Program-made: the position numbers and the translations under genes
The notes under the pieces: generated by a model
Database searches by the model: none
What the model was told of the DNA's origin: nothing
What the model saw: the letters and a program-made list of their open reading frames with translations, nothing else
Shown here: positions 36,543 through 51,824 of the stretch, piece after piece
Numbering within the stretch: the stretch's first letter is position 1
How the letters are laid out: the number at the start of each line of letters is the position of its first letter
Source of the DNA: Tubulanus polymorphus
Lineage: Eukaryota; Animalia; Nemertea
Length of the DNA: 64,000 nt
Direction: 5' to 3'
NCBI RefSeq assembly: GCF_964204645.1
Contig: NC_134035.1
Coordinates: forward strand, 11,812,451-11,876,450

Positions 36543-36631
36543 TACGATAAATACACTTATAATCATTGCAGATAAAATTACATCGATATAAAATCTATAG
36601 ATGATGGAATTCTGGTGAGCGAATTGTTCTG

Positions 36632-38438
36632 CTAGAATGCAAGGCACTTGAAGATAATTGTGCTTATGATTACGACGGCTAAAGTGGTACTGATTCTCGT
36701 CCAGGAAGCCGCGTTGCAGCCATCATGACCGGTACAGTCGGTACACATCATACCGTCTGAGGTTCTCGACTTGCATTCCGGGTCACCGTTAAACAGGCAT
36801 TCTCTAATCACGCGACCATTTTTTCCGGCTTCGAGAAGAAAAGAACAAAACAAATACAATACGTACATTCGATATCGTATCTGTAGTTAATGCACAGTTA
36901 ATTGTCAAATATATGTCCTAAGAAATGTAGTTCAAGGCAACTTTTTAAGGAACACTAATTATTGATGTCTGTTACATGAACAATCAATAACAACAAGCCT
37001 CGTTACGGTTTCCATGCAAGATTTCCTATACCGGCATATAGTTCGCCGAATATCGATTCGAAGTTCGAAAATCCTTTCCTAGTTTTTTCAAAAATTGACG
37101 AAAATTTCTTGCATTCAGTTTAAAAGTAGGTTGAAATAAACGTACATATCGATTCGTTTTGATGTTTAATAAATTTGCGATGAACCTTAAGTTTTTCTGA
37201 AAGATTTTCTCTTCGTTCACGATTTAAAGATCTAAGACTTAAGGTTTTAGAAATATATACGTATATATCTCTATATGTACTACATTTTTCTATTTTATTC
37301 TTGTCATTTTACTACCTTGTTTGAGCTTTCGGCAGCCAGTCGACATTTTTCCACCTCCGTAACAAAAGCTGATCGACATTGTCAGGTTGTCAAACGGATC
37401 GGCGCATAATTTATTGGTATTCGTATCGCAGACGTAACATCGAATGGAAACCACTAAACGGAAGTGAACGAGAAAACTAACTTCAAAGTTTATTGACGCC
37501 TCAAGAAATAACGAGTATATACCTTGATATTGTCGACAGTATGATATAAAAGTGGATCAATAAAGTTATGTTGAATTTGAATATATCGATTATTGAATTG
37601 AATTGACCGGAAACCAGTCTAGCCCCGTTATATTGATGACGTAGTGCACATCTTTTCAAGAATGATGATTATGAAACATAAAATAAGAGTTATGAAATAT
37701 ATTTGTGATTACAAAATAATTGCCAAAATTCACGATTGTAATTGTTATTTTGAAACGCCAGTATTGATGACGTAGTGCACATCGTCTCACGCAGAATCCC
37801 TAAAATAACGCATTCTAGTATAATGTTTAATTTATAAAACAAATAACGGCGAAAAAAGACAGTTCAATTTCAGATTATTTTCTTCAAACCTTTAGCCGTT
37901 TTAACGTGAGAATTTTCGCGTTAAAATGACTTTTCCCGTTTCAAATGGTGTGATAAAACAAATATCCTGTGAACACGTATTGATACGACTATTCGATTTT
38001 TTATGGTTTTATTGAACAAAATTGCTACGCGTGGCGTGATTTTTCATATATAACCCGAATCAGCCACCATTGGTCTGGTGCCCACCCAAATCAATAAGTG
38101 ATTTTCAAGTCGTAATAAAACTTCGATAATCAGTTTTAACGCCGAGATAACCAGTTTATTCGAAGTAAGTAAATTTGGAATAAACCTCAAAAATCCTTTT
38201 TAACACAGAAAACCAGTTATTCCGTGTCTGTTCACGATGTTGGAAAACTACGTTTATTCCCGGTTACAAACTAGAAATGAACATTGAATCTATATTCTAC
38301 AGATATACCCAATTTAACTGTGTATCAAATATTTTTCATTTCAATTAATTCAGGTTTATGTATGTATGACTTACCGCTCTCTACGTGAAGATACAAAACT
38401 AATGCGATGGACGTCGCGACGAAGGCCAGACGATTCAT
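36632..38438 (-). CDS. Ly6/uPAR three-finger (quiver/sleepless-like) protein, probably GPI-anchored, about 132 aa
   Basis: Exons 38438-38375, 37453-37316, 36828-36632, phase 1/1. Signal peptide MNRLAFVATSIALVLYLHVES; IRCYVC...LCADPF...CRK...VIREC...CTDCTGHDGCN (10 Cys); hydrophobic C-terminus. Confidence 0.9.
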
Positions 38439-39449
38439 TTTGAAATATGTACGGTTTTTTTTCGATAACTGACTGCTGTGATTCCTTATCGAGACTCACT
38501 CGTCGATCGTGTCGTTATCGCCCTCCGGTAGCGGGTGACTGTGCGTTACGCGTGTTTAATTCTTGATTTTTTCCCGTAAAAATTCAGGACACCAAGTAGG
38601 CCTATAGGCCAGTGTCGTAATTAGTCAAATCTGCGTATACTAGTAATGACACATAATCGCTGAACAATTTGCTTTTTTAGCGGTTTATTATATTATATTA
38701 GACTAGTATAGTATTGACCTCACTTGTCATCGGATTGCGGGAAATTGCTTATTTCTTTGTGCATTTACTTCACAATCAGCTCTGACTAGAATTTACGAGT
38801 TAATGTGGGGTACCGTAAATCCGTTACGATAAACAACAGCGCGTCAAAAACGCGCGCTAGTCAGCTACTTGTACCCAGTGCAAATTTTGATTTCATTTAT
38901 TTTCTTTTAATTAATTTTTCCATTAACCATCGGAACAGTGGGTTTTATAGTTATAATCTGTTCTACATGTCTGTGTCTGCTCTATAACTATGCATATACA
39001 AACCTGGTCCCATCGACAGGCATATATTCTAAAACGTCACGGGGAGAGAGAGGCCAGCTAATTATATACAATAATTCCCACTTTACTCGGTTATTTTTGG
39101 ACTGCAAATATTTCATCGAGTTGAGAATCGGGATATTTCTTTGTAAAATACACCGACTTGAGAGTGATTTACTGACTTCACCGGTACCGAGTAAAGCCGA
39201 GTCTAGAAGTATACGCGAAACAACAAATTATCGATAAGGCGTTTGAATGGAGATATAGTCCTAATAATAACTGCCCGTTGAAATATAACAGCACGTTCAT
39301 TTTGTATCAAATTACCTGTACTTTCATCTATTGAAATGTATACGTGTATTTTTATATGGAAATAAAAGAAAATGTCGATGCAAAACGAGAGACTGAGCTG
39401 GGCGCAAGCGTCAGGGGCCAGTTGCGTATAGTCACGGCTAAGATTAAAG

Positions 39450-39700
39450 AATAATAATAATAATAATAATAATATTTATTTCTTATATACCGCGCTCCGT
39501 ATACATTTCAGCGCGGTTTACAAATATAAAAAGGCTATAAAAACAATTTAGAACAGTCAATTAGAATATTTAAGTCAATTTAAAGTAACTACGTCGCTGC
39601 AGGATCTTATTCTAAAAGGTAAAGCATTCCATAAGATTGGAGCTGCTGAAGCAAAGGTGCGGTGGCCGTAAAATTGGATGTTAAATGAGACAGAATTTAG
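39450..39700 (-). mobile_element. 3' fragment of a non-LTR retrotransposon (CR1/L2-like)
   Basis: YGHRTFASAAPILWNALPFRIR resembles the ORF2 C-terminal motif of CR1/L2 elements; short 3' UTR and (TTA)n tail on the minus strand. Confidence 0.7.
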
Positions 39701-41531
39701 TAAAATCGTATTAGTTTGATTTGATTTGAACACTTTATTTTTCAAATATAATTTACAGCATAGTGTACAAAGCATAATACAAAATACAGTAAATTAGACC
39801 CGGAGGGGCCTGTAGAAACTAAGGAATAGTTTGTATAAAACAGGTCCCTCAAAAGAGAAAAGAAAAAAAGAGAAATGCAATAAAGAAAATAATATGCTCA
39901 CAGTCAACCCTTAACACACAAAATGCAATCAAAGTAAACTATGATAACAGCTTGATTAAGATATAATCATTTAATAAGCCAGTTATTTTCTGAAATATTC
40001 CAAAAACAATAATTTTAGTTCGAATAACTGTATGATAAAATCAAGCACAAAGTTGCTTTCTATAATTTCTTAGGAACAGTTTAGAATTTTCCATGTTTTT
40101 TAGATTTTCACTGATGTTATTCCAAAGTAAAGGGCGGGATACTTTTACTGAAAATTTTCTTCTTAGACTATTGAAAGAAAGTGTTTGTAAATCTTGACGT
40201 CGCCGAGTGGATCGTAAGGATCTGGTAGGATCGTAAGGATCTGGTAGGAGTATATAATGTGATTAGATCACTGACTGTCTTTAAAGACCTGTCTATAAGA
40301 CCAACTTCGTTCAATACCGTATAGTCAATCTACTTCTTAATCAGTCTTAAGATTAAAGAATACCTCAAACTTAGGTCACCACTAGATATACATCTTAATG
40401 ATAGATGTTGAAAGAAGCCAAAGACCACCGATAAAACGAAGCATGAACGGGAAAATTTGCTTTTCATTCTGTTGATGTTTCTTCTTTTTATTATCCCTCT
40501 TGTAAATATATATATGATATTTCAATACATACTAACGTATATGGTATATAATTATACGGTATATGACAAAGTACTTTGTCGACACAGATTTTCATGGATA
40601 CAATTTCAGATACGAGTCAAGAGGTATTTTTTCATTATAGTGAAGTTTTGTTTACCAGTGAAGAGCCGGCATCAGGCATCGGTAGGAAAAAAATCTCCGA
40701 ATTTAGCCCTACAGCATTCCCGAGGCGCACAAACAAATAATGACGCTAATGATCGCCGATTATCCATACATGAAATTATTTGTCACAAATAGTATTTGTT
40801 TATATAGAAACAATGATTACCTAGAAATAGGGTTCGAGTGTTTTTAAGGTTAGAAGGATAAACATATACGTTTATGTATGGTATGATTATTATTTAGAGC
40901 CTTTTTCCTTTTTTGTGGTCGTATATATGACATCGGGCAAGGGAAATCTAAGCCGCATTGTTATACATCAGAAAAGTATACAATAACCTAATATTCTACC
41001 CCCGCGCACGAAAAAATGATTTTGATTTTTTTGCTATTTTCAACACGGATTGTTCCAATAAATATGTATTTCTTTTGAAAATGGCTCATGTTGTACCTTT
41101 TATATCTTATCTTTTGTTTGCGAGTTGTTCCTAAGAATTATCAATCCGTACCTGCGGCTGATTGTAACTGATTAGCCAAATCACTGCCGCTGAAGATCCA
41201 GTCAATGTCAGGGGTAAAATCCGGTGACTAAAAAGACAGTTTGAATAGGACTCTGAAAGTTCCTATAGACAGAAAGTTTGTATTTACTTATCCGAACAGA
41301 TAGCCGAATATACATCGATAGTAGCGAAATGTGCGACATATAAAAATGATAAATTACTACTTGACAAACTACCAAAAAGTTTCCAGATGTTACAAAGTTC
41401 TTTTAAATACGATTTAATCCACTAGCTGATTTTGTTTGTCGATATGTTGTTTACATACAAGGAAAGAACATATTTTTCTTGACTGAATATTTGTTCCATC
41501 TATTCATGAAAATTTCGTAAAATCTTTCTTA

Positions 41532-41645
<114 letters not shown>

Positions 41646-42192
41646 CTAAAACAATATAAGAAGATATCACTCGTCTATTGTGTCATCGATTCACATTTTT
41701 TTCAATAGTTCTTTAAAGATAGATTTTGTCGTACAGTTGTTTCATTTCCGGGATTACGAGTTGTTTTTCATCATAACCAAAAGTTACATGATTGCCGATG
41801 AAAAATGGACAAAAATAGTGAAGAGTCAACAGAAAATGAAACAAAAGATACCGAGAAAAAATGTATAGGCCTATATTATATTATCGCATTTTGAATATCT
41901 ACATATAATCTACGTATTTCATTAGCACTTATAATTGCCAAATTAAATTCAATCTTTGAGTCTTGCATTTATTCCAAGCTTAGATATTTAGTATCTCATC
42001 TCCCAAATGAAAGTTGGAATGGAGAACCTCCAACGATGCTGTGGCAATCGAAGATTTCAAGTAAAGCAAAGCAAAGATCCCTTATGTTCTAGTTACTCGG
42101 TCTTCTACGTTCGATGTCTTCAATTAGAATCGACTGAACTTTTTACAATAAAACAATCGTTAAATCAATTGATATCTATACCTAATTTTTTA

Positions 42193-42357
<165 letters not shown>

Positions 42358-44898
42358 CTACAGAATATACAATGCAGGACTATTATTGTTATTTTGTTGT
42401 ATATAAGGTTTTCTTGGTTTGATTTCTATCCTTAGGAGTCTATTACCTTTCTTTGTTTTTTGTAAGGCTGAAAAAGATACATCAATAATAATACATAATC
42501 ATCATTTCAGAAGAACTTTATACAGTCTTCACCCACTTTCTATACCCATTCCAAATATCCAGACAGTTTGTTGTCTGTACCCACTCCCTCGGACTATGCT
42601 TTCTGTACCCACCCCGTTCAGTAATTTCGAGTATCCATCAAAAACGGATTGTCAAGACTCCCAAGGTCTCCTGCCTGAAGCCGAAGCATTTGTTTTAAGA
42701 ATGGAATGAACAATTTTACATGGCCCATATTATACATATATACTCACCGTGCATGGAGAATCACATCGTACATCATGATTGTCTGAGGGTGGAGGTGGAT
42801 GGAGGTTTTAAGGATATGGGTTTACAGGCAGTCTGCATCAATTCGTTCGAATAAATCGCCTCAATGAAGTGACAAAAAACCATTGTTTTAACAATTTGAG
42901 ATTGTAATGATTATTCTATCCTAAAAACTTACCATTCTAATCGCGTTTGGCTGGAAGTTAAGTCGATGTGTGACGGCACCCTTTCGCTTTGTTTCCTAAT
43001 ACGAAGTACAAGAAATCCCCAATACCACGCACTGCCCGGAAACAGGAAATCGACAAAGCAAGCGCATGTATTTCGCCGTAAATGTATTTCTCCGGTACCT
43101 CGACATGGCGGTCAGTCATATGCCTATTGCTGATAAAAGATGTCGATGTGCAAGAATTTTCGAAGCAAGCTTTAAAGCAGTCATTACCAACGACTATGTA
43201 ATTACTTGGTGATAATTATCGTCGTCTTACCAGAAAGGAAGTTCGTACGTTGGACCGGACTCTCGTCGTCCCACTCGGAGCCATCCGCTCGATGGCTGTA
43301 TTATCGTGATTTGGATATTCAAGGAACAGTCCTTTTAGAAAAGACAATAACTTGGATCACGCAATCACTTCATGAAGACAATCGAACCTTGGAGTAATCG
43401 TTTATAATAGAAATAATACTCCAATATCGAACCGACGAATCTGTAAATTTCTTTTCACACGTACATTTCGACCTCCTAACGAACCCGGTATTTGCGTATA
43501 CTTATTAGGCCGTTTTCTATTATAATTCTGATTACGGATTTGATGGACTTGAAATAATGGCGGAGGCGGAAAAAAATTTTTTTTTAATATTTTTTCTTTT
43601 AACTTTGAATTCATAACTATTTAAGTGATTTGAAAAAAATAAACAAATTTGGAGGTCGTTTTGGATAATAATTCTCTTTAATATAATTGCCTACACATAT
43701 ATGACGCCGCCATTTTTGCAAGTGACGCTATTTACTGAACGAACCCGACAGATTTATCCATTAGGACACCCATTGTCCAACGCGAGTTTTTGGTTGTATT
43801 GTCAAAGGATAATGTGGCTGCAGTACAAAAAATTATAAACGTTTATTTTTATTTCCATATCTACGCTTAGAAATATATATATATATAGGGGGCCTATACA
43901 ATATATAGAATCGGAAAAGTTCGGCGGCGGATTCCAACTGATAATAAAAAACGGCTTAACCACGAAGATCGTATATATATGCAAGGTTTCAATTGAACGT
44001 ATTCCAGTTTAAGAATAGCAAATCCGGATACTGACTCTTTCTGGCCGCTTTTATCCGGTTTACAGATAATGGCTATTGCGGAATAAGTATAAACGAGAGT
44101 AGAATCAGAAATTTGACCAAACGAAACCTGCCAAAGCACTAATACTGGTCGCATTCTATGAGGTTTATATATTCAAAAAAAATATCTAACTGTCATTTTG
44201 AATGAACTCTGAATAACGGAGATAAAATTCTTCTAGAAACGTCAGGAAAACAGAATTTATACAGGCCTATTATATATTGTTTTGTTTCATCGCTATTGTT
44301 GGTGTTTTGAAATATAGTTTGACTTGTGTGGATGAAACACATATAGATGCATTTGATGGCTGTAACGTGTACTAACCAGTCCATCAATAATGTGTATTGA
44401 CAGTTTTTTCAAGGAATACCTGCGTCGGAATTCAAAAGTCGTGACAGATAACAAACATCCTCGACTGACTCGGTTAATGGTTGCACGACATGTATCGGCA
44501 GCAACCGGAGGGCTGAGCGCGTTATACGCAGAAAGCCGGTCGGGTCTAGTCGTTTATCAGTTCACAGTTATTTTCCGCTCGATTGTGATACGGGCTTTGA
44601 TATCGCGTTAGATGATTTAAACTATGGCGATATTTCCATAAATTTCAAGATCATCGGACTATCTATGAAATAACGAACTCCAATAGAAAAAGATGTCTCT
44701 CGAAAATGCTTGTTGCGCATCATCGAAATTCACTAACAACGCTATATGATCACGTGCAGAATCGCGTCGTATTAAGTTTGTAAAGAAACCGCACCAGATT
44801 TCCGCTGCCACCACCTCGCACAGGAAAAAAAACTACTGAACGATCATTTATAGGATATATAATACGGAAAATCATTTTAAGTTCGTAGGGAAAAAACA

Positions 44899-47800
44899 AT
44901 GCTTGAATTCAAATCGTCGGCTAAACCAAACCTACTACACTTACTAGCAGTTTTTGTGTTTTTCTTCAATTTGCTCTGCCAAGGAGCCGCCGCAGGTAAA
45001 TTTTATTACTTTCTTCGAATTTACTTTTACCGCTATCAACAATCCGAGCAAACTAAACACATAACGCGCCTTTAAACGGCGAACAGTTCCGTAAATTGAA
45101 ACAAACCGATTACAGTTAGACTCATTATACGTTTCGACGTGAACGTTTTACATCTTGTTTCTAAATTGAAAAGATTCTCGACTTTTGTCACTCGACAAAA
45201 AATCGTTTTTACCACTGCAATCGTTTCAGCACTTTACGTATCATCATGAAATCATACCACATTACTGATGACTGGGCTTAAAGGCACAAAATGTGAATCG
45301 AAAATAGAGATCTTAGCTTTCTTCAGATACAATCTAATTTACGTCTACAATTCTGAAATCAGGGGCCGTTCATTGATTACGCCAGATTTTTGCGAATGTA
45401 ATTGATGGATGGTCCCTTAGCATCCAATCTCTTCATCGTCGTCTTTTGGGTAACAACGGGGTTAAATGGCGTCCTCATTAACCAGGGGCAGTTGCTCAAT
45501 AGTTGGTTAGAGTTAACCAGTGGATAGTTGACGCCCAACGCACCGGGAAACGCTCGGTAACATGTTTCTGTCTCCTGGTTGGGCTAAAACGAAACCTAAA
45601 AGTCCATTATTATCACGGTATTCGCGTGGATGACCTTCTGATGACTTTTGAGCAACTGGCCTCAGAAATAATCAGATTGTATAGTTCACACATTTACTCA
45701 TAGGCCTATCGTTATGATACCCATACTACGTAATTAAGTCTATTACTACTAGTTATATTAACAATGAATATAATATGCGTGTATGTATTATGATTATATG
45801 TCTTCGCGATTTGGAATATTGGATAAAATATGGTGAGTTGTCACGTGAGCTGTGCGTTCAGATCAACCATATATCGAATGTCTGATATAGTGTTTAAGTT
45901 GGTAACAAATTGTCGCATGCAGTAGACTCTGTTAGTATCTCTAGAACGTCCTTGTAACCCGTCTTTTTCCTTGTTTTTATGTTCCGCCGTATGTTTTTTT
46001 TTTTCAAATGTACGTATTACGTTGCGCCGCCGCCGTGTCCTTCCCCGGCAACCAGTTCAGTTTGGTCGTAGTTACGCCGTAAACTCTGTTGTGTGCATTT
46101 AAAAGCAATTCATGAATTATTCAGCAACCGAAATCTTATCAAATCTTGCTACCGTATAATCGTCAATACAGCGCAAAATGATTATGATCTGATAACGGGG
46201 TTTAGGTTTTCCTGAATGCTCGTTGACCACATTCGTATTAGTTTTATGAACTGGGCCCGGTTTCATGGACTGAGTATCAAAGTTATCCCTAGGGGTAAAA
46301 CGTCAATTTGGGTGACAACCATCATAGTAACAATGAGAAACCATGGTTGTAACTGACAAATTTCAAAATATTCCCTGGGACTATTTTTCTTCCACATCTG
46401 TGAAACCCAGCCCTGGAGTTTTTCTCACAATGCTACGCCAAATGATGACACAAAATGTATATAGCTATGTGGCAACTTAAGTAGACTCTTAATTGAAAAA
46501 GGGACGAGCGATTTTTGAATCGATTCTTACTTCTGGTCACCTTTTCTCTAGGATAGGCCTCAATACAAACGGTCCCGGATGGCGCGACCGAAGAAGCATT
46601 CTAATGCCTATGGTATTGTTAAAATGCAATCGGGAAAAGTCAGGATATCCACTAAAAATCAGAGATCATTCCTGGCAACGGCACGAAAATCGAGACTTCG
46701 CTGAATCTAAACTAATAAACAAGTCCTATGAAAAATATACACAATCAGAATGTGCATGGCACGGGGCGTATATATGTTTTCCTTATTATTTGACTTTTTT
46801 TATGGCGTCATACTTTGCATATACAATACCGCAATACGAATCGCTTATGAATAATACATTAACCAATACCATAAACTCGGTATATACACGTATATGAAGT
46901 GGTCCGGTTTCGTTATTGTTTTAGCATCATTTAGTAACATGTATAACACTTATTATTTTGTTATATCGTTACACACGATAAAGTTTACGGGGCATCGAGT
47001 TGCGAGTTTGAACTTAACGGTCGTAATTGAATCGTAATTGGCCAATCAGCGAATGGATCACTGCTTTCTGTTAGTATAATATGGGACAGCATCTGGGCCC
47101 CGGAGGGGGCCGAGAAACCCTGAATAAGTGCAGTTACCTTGAGTCAAACTCTAATATGACGATTCTTTTTATGGGTCCTAACAAAAGCTCCTCTTTGGTC
47201 TATTATTATGACAAAATATTCGTCATTCTCAAGTGACTGAATTTCAATACAGATAGATTTTTAAAAAGGACACAAGTTGTTGCAAAAAGGCGCTTTTACC
47301 AAAATTTCTTAGGGGACAACTCCCCTGTCCATATTTATAACTGCCATCCTCATATCTTTCGTAACTTACAAACTGCACAATTATTCAGTCTTGGACTCAT
47401 GGACCAAGTTCCATAGGTCGCGATTGATATTTGACTCATTCGAAAAATTCTAACTAACCAAAATGTGGCGAAAATCCAATATATATGTTCGCATTTAGCG
47501 TGAATAAGCGTATTCAATGCTCAAATTAAACTAGACTAGCTACATTTAATGACGCATTCCATTTAGGAAAAAACACGTCTAATGCCATGTTGAAAATAAC
47601 CGAATTAAACCGACATATATCTGTCAGTTATGCCCTGTATATGCACATGCACCGCGACATTTTATTGGCGAAAAATATCGACGATATCACAAAGGTCCCA
47701 TTGATTTTGTTTAATGGGCTTCCATCGGATTCGATACGTATATGTGCGTGGATTTTTTTTTCAACGCCATGTCCCGCGAACACTCGTGCATATATACATA

Positions 47801-50800
47801 CGTCCCGTGCGCGTGCGCGTTTCGTTAGGTACTCGGCTAAATTGCATCAAGTGGGTGGCAATGGCGCGATGAAGAATAGTTTCCATAGTAATAAAGTACT
47901 CACGCCACGACTGAAATGCCGAACACCGATTACTAAACTCTCGCCGCGTCACCTCTCGTTTACTCGCTGCGACTAGAGAGAGGGCTAATCCACTATACGT
48001 TGAATAACGACTTAATACAACACACACACAAAAATATTTCAACCTTTTTATGTCAAACGCCGATACGTCGGCTTTATTTGCATATATGAAATGATGCAAA
48101 AAATGATTTTTTGATTCCATGGTGCACATGTGAAAACGATGTTGATGATAGAACGCGCGGCCATTTTGCTATAATTCAACAGATATGTACGATGGCCATT
48201 CGATATTCTTTTATGAAAACAACTTGTGTCGGAAGACGCGCAAGACAAAGCTATTTTCAGCAACCAACTCCAGGCAACGAAACAAGAAAATAATTGTATT
48301 GTATTGTAGCACCACGCCAAAACAACCATTTTTGTGCCAATAACAACGTTTCGTGGAGCTAGTTTCAACAGGCGCACACAAGCGGCATTCGCTGCTATGT
48401 TACTTTGTATAATGTATTTTTCACTCATAATGTCTAAATTGTAGACGTTGAGTTTGTCAAATAAATTGAAAAAGAAACTGAAACCACACTGAAACCACAC
48501 ACAGATTTTTTTTTTCTGGCAAGAATTTCGAACTGCCTTTTCCATCTAATACACAGATTATAAAACTGAAACTGAAACCACACACTGAAACCACATACAG
48601 ATTTTTTTTTCTGGCAAGAATTTCGAACTGCCTTTTCCATCCATACACAGATTATACAACTAGCAGTTTGAAGGATTAGTTTTGCATGCAGTTATACGAC
48701 CAGCGTCTGGTGAATTACAGACATTTCAATCGTCGTTCACTCGCTGCGCAGCCGTTAATCATTTCGCAATTTCGTTTACGCTTTGTGCCGCTTGATTTAT
48801 TCGATTTAGCCGTCCTTAATATCTCTGACTTTTCAGTTTTAAAATTCAACGTCTCGCATGAAATGCCTGAGCTGAGCACGGCAGTCAAATTCAATTGCGT
48901 GCCACGACCTGGAACGCATCGATGTTCCCTACGCCCTCCAGAGAAAAAGAGATATCCTAAAAACTCTTGATAATAGCACAGGTTTTCCATTTATTTGCCA
49001 AAGCAGCAGCGGATTAGCTATTAACATTATCTGTAAACGTTTTAGCATGAACAGCAATATGATTCCGATCGTTTAGCATGAGCAAATATATAATTCCGTA
49101 CAAAGAAAAATGTTTTTGAAACAGCAATTAAATATTCTAAGCCTGAGCTCTAAACTTTCGATGAAATAAATTTTGTAAAATATCTTAATATCTACTTATC
49201 TATCTAAAAAATCTAAATTTTTACATATATTCGTTCGAACAGGACCGGACCGTCGATGTTTCTACGACTGGCGCAAAGACGAGACCGTTCCCGGGAACTA
49301 CGTCAACTGTAAGACCGCCGCTCAGAAAAAGACAGGCGCCACGACGTGTTGCTGGCGCGGTGGGAAAATTATCTGCTGCACCCCGGCCGATGTGTACGTA
49401 TTGTAGAGAAATCGAGATCTTACTGAAAAATGAATTATTCATTCCGTGCATAATCTAGAAAAAAATGCACTTGAAAAAAGTCCACAAAATTATTTCTGAA
49501 AGGTTCTGCATTTAGCAGAATCCAACTAGTACGCTATTCGCCATATCAGCTTTCATATATTCATTTTCACTGGCCAAAAAATCAACCCAAACATTGTTAA
49601 TTCTGGGAAACAAATAATCGAGGATCGCATGAGCTTCAGACTGTATCCGAAAAAAACATCGTTTAATCTATCTAAATCATACGTAATGTGTAAAGTCCAC
49701 GTATCTAAATTGGAGGATGGCGGGCGGGTTTTACACAGACTACAATGAGCGTAATTCAATTACATCGCGTGAGTAACGAAATCAATCACGAGACATTAAT
49801 GTTGAAGAGCAGGGAATGAAAAATTAATCATGACCCCAGCAAGATATAAATAGATAGAACGGTTCATTTTTATCGCATTCGATAGATAAATCACGACCTC
49901 TGAAAATGAATTACTTTAATCTTAATCCTTTAATCTTAATCATTTGTCATATTCTTGTATAAATGCAAATAAAAAAATACAGTACGCCTGATGATGGCTA
50001 ACAGTTGTTAGCCGAAACGTCGCTCCTCAAATATAATCATTCTGATCTAGAATTTTTCAATCTTGGCTTCGTTATTGTGGGATTGTCTCTCGTTATCATC
50101 ATATTATCTTCTCGACTTACCTTTGAAAAGCCTTCGATATCGATGAATTGATTTTTGTTGATCGTTTCGTTTTGAACAGCGCCCGTGAAGCGTTGCCGGT
50201 CTGGCTGTCTATCGGTATCATCTCGTTCGTTTTGGCCGTTATCGTGTTCGTGTACAACTGGTGCGACGTAGAGACGTTTCCGTGCATGGAAAAACACATA
50301 ACCAAAGCCGAAAAAATAAAGGGAAAACTGAAAGAGGAATGTTCGTAAGTGTTTGCTTCAGTCGTATCGATAGTATACTATACAGGAGTTTCAATGATTC
50401 AACTCGATGATTAGCATTCCGAAAGAGCTCATAAAAAGCTACAAAGAGCCTTTTTTAATATGATATGTGATTATCGAATCAGCGCGGTCGATTGAAATAT
50501 GACATCCATGGTGTATGTTGGTTATCACGATTTATCGGTTATCGAGGAAATTGATTAAGCCTGAACTACTGTACAGTCCATAAGGCTCTCATTGGCGCTA
50601 CCTTCGTTTACTGTTCAATTTTTCCGCTATCAATATTCATGTAGATTCAGGTAGATTTTGAGTTAATTGAAAAATTAATACCATAAAAATAACTATAAAT
50701 TGTCTGAAAATTGTAAACCATTTTTGGCGCCAACGCTAACAAAACCATTCATTAAGCGCAGGCTTGATGATAGCGTGATTATGAAGGTAGGTAGCCCTTT

Positions 50801-50961
50801 ATTTTAAAAATGTTTCTCTCTTTGTATTTGTTCGTAGATGCTGCAAAAGTAAACCGGAAGACGAAGACGACGAGACGGCTGAACCACGTGACAATACGGC
50901 ATTCGACACGTGGCAAGGTCGGGACGATACGGCCGTCTACAACAGCCACGATGTTTATTGA
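44899..50961 (+). CDS. Small type I membrane protein with C-C-CC-CC ectodomain (Shisa-like/WBP1/VOPP1-type architecture), about 178 aa
   Basis: Exons 44899-44995, 49243-49393, 50180-50344, 50838-50961, phases 1/2/2 consistent. Signal peptide; RCFYDW...NCKT...TTCCW...IICCTP; TM WLSIGIISFVLAVIVFVYNW; Cys-rich then acidic tail ending DVY*. Confidence 0.78.
46251..46395. mobile_element. MITE with GGCCCGGTTTCA-like TIR flanked by CTG on both sides
   Basis: ctg|ggcccggtttcat ... tgtgaaacccagcc|ctg. Confidence 0.5.
48475..48656. repeat. Direct tandem duplication, about 96-bp unit x2, intronic
   Basis: ctgaaaccac...ttctggcaagaatttcgaactgccttttccatc...tacacagattata present twice. Confidence 0.9.
49986..50023 (+). 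ncRNA. Minimal type I hammerhead ribozyme motif (Penelope-like-element type), stem I weak
   Basis: CTGATGA-t-GGCTAAC-agtt-GTTAGCC-GAAA-C-GTC. Confidence 0.6.
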
Positions 50962-51096
50962 ATCTTGTACAGTTTTTATAAAACTTATATATATATATAT
51001 ATTATATTTTCACGTTTTTTTTCATTTTATCAATATCTGATATTCATTACTTTTGATTCAAGAGATATATCATTCCATACTCCCGTCAAACGTATA

Positions 51097-51282
51097 TAGT
51101 CAAAGTTCGTTATAATGCCATCCTTTTCAATGCCACTGCTAACATAACGCCAACATTTTCAGAGAACATATTTGCTCAACTCAAATTTAATGAAAATACA
51201 TTCTTTATAACGCTGCCGAATCCGTTATAACGCTTTATTTTCCATCGGTCTCAACAGTTGCATTATGAAGGACTTTGACTAT
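51097..51282. mobile_element. Tc1/pogo-type MITE
   Basis: atagtcaaagttcgttataatgc ... gcattatgaaggactttgactat inverted ends. Confidence 0.65.
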
Positions 51283-51824
51283 CGTTCAAAAGTCTCAACC
51301 TGAGTCGACCTGGTGTTCCAAATATTTGGTTTCACAATATCATCATAATATTTCCATGTTTTTTTTTCTATTTTGAACTATCTAAGGTACTTTGTACACG
51401 CGGTATGAAGCGAAAATGGTTTTATCGATTAACTGTGATATAATGTACTTTCATCGTTTCATACTTTTAAAGCATCCAAAAACGCTTTATATATCGCAGT
51501 ACTATGCCAGCGCCGATTATCTGTGGTGCAGTCAAAATCTCAAATACGATGGTTAACAAAGAGAAATATTTGAATATTGGGTTCATTTCGAAGTCGAGGT
51601 TTTAACCCACGCCCAATAAAAACAACGGCTGTACGACCAGTTCTTCGAGTTGAGTTAAATTGTCCCCTCGTCAAATTTGTTGATTCTCTGTTAGAAAAAA
51701 AGTTAAATTGTGCTTACAAATTTAAGAAATCACGTTTAAACAAGCCATTAAAGGCAAATGCAACATTCACTTCCACGTGACTACATATTATTCGATGTTA
51801 AGTGGTTGTGGACATGTCGTTTTA

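Noticed and set aside
43100-43125. In-frame TGA before PPC as possible selenocysteine
   Set aside because: Surrounding exons contain other stops and I saw no SECIS-like element.
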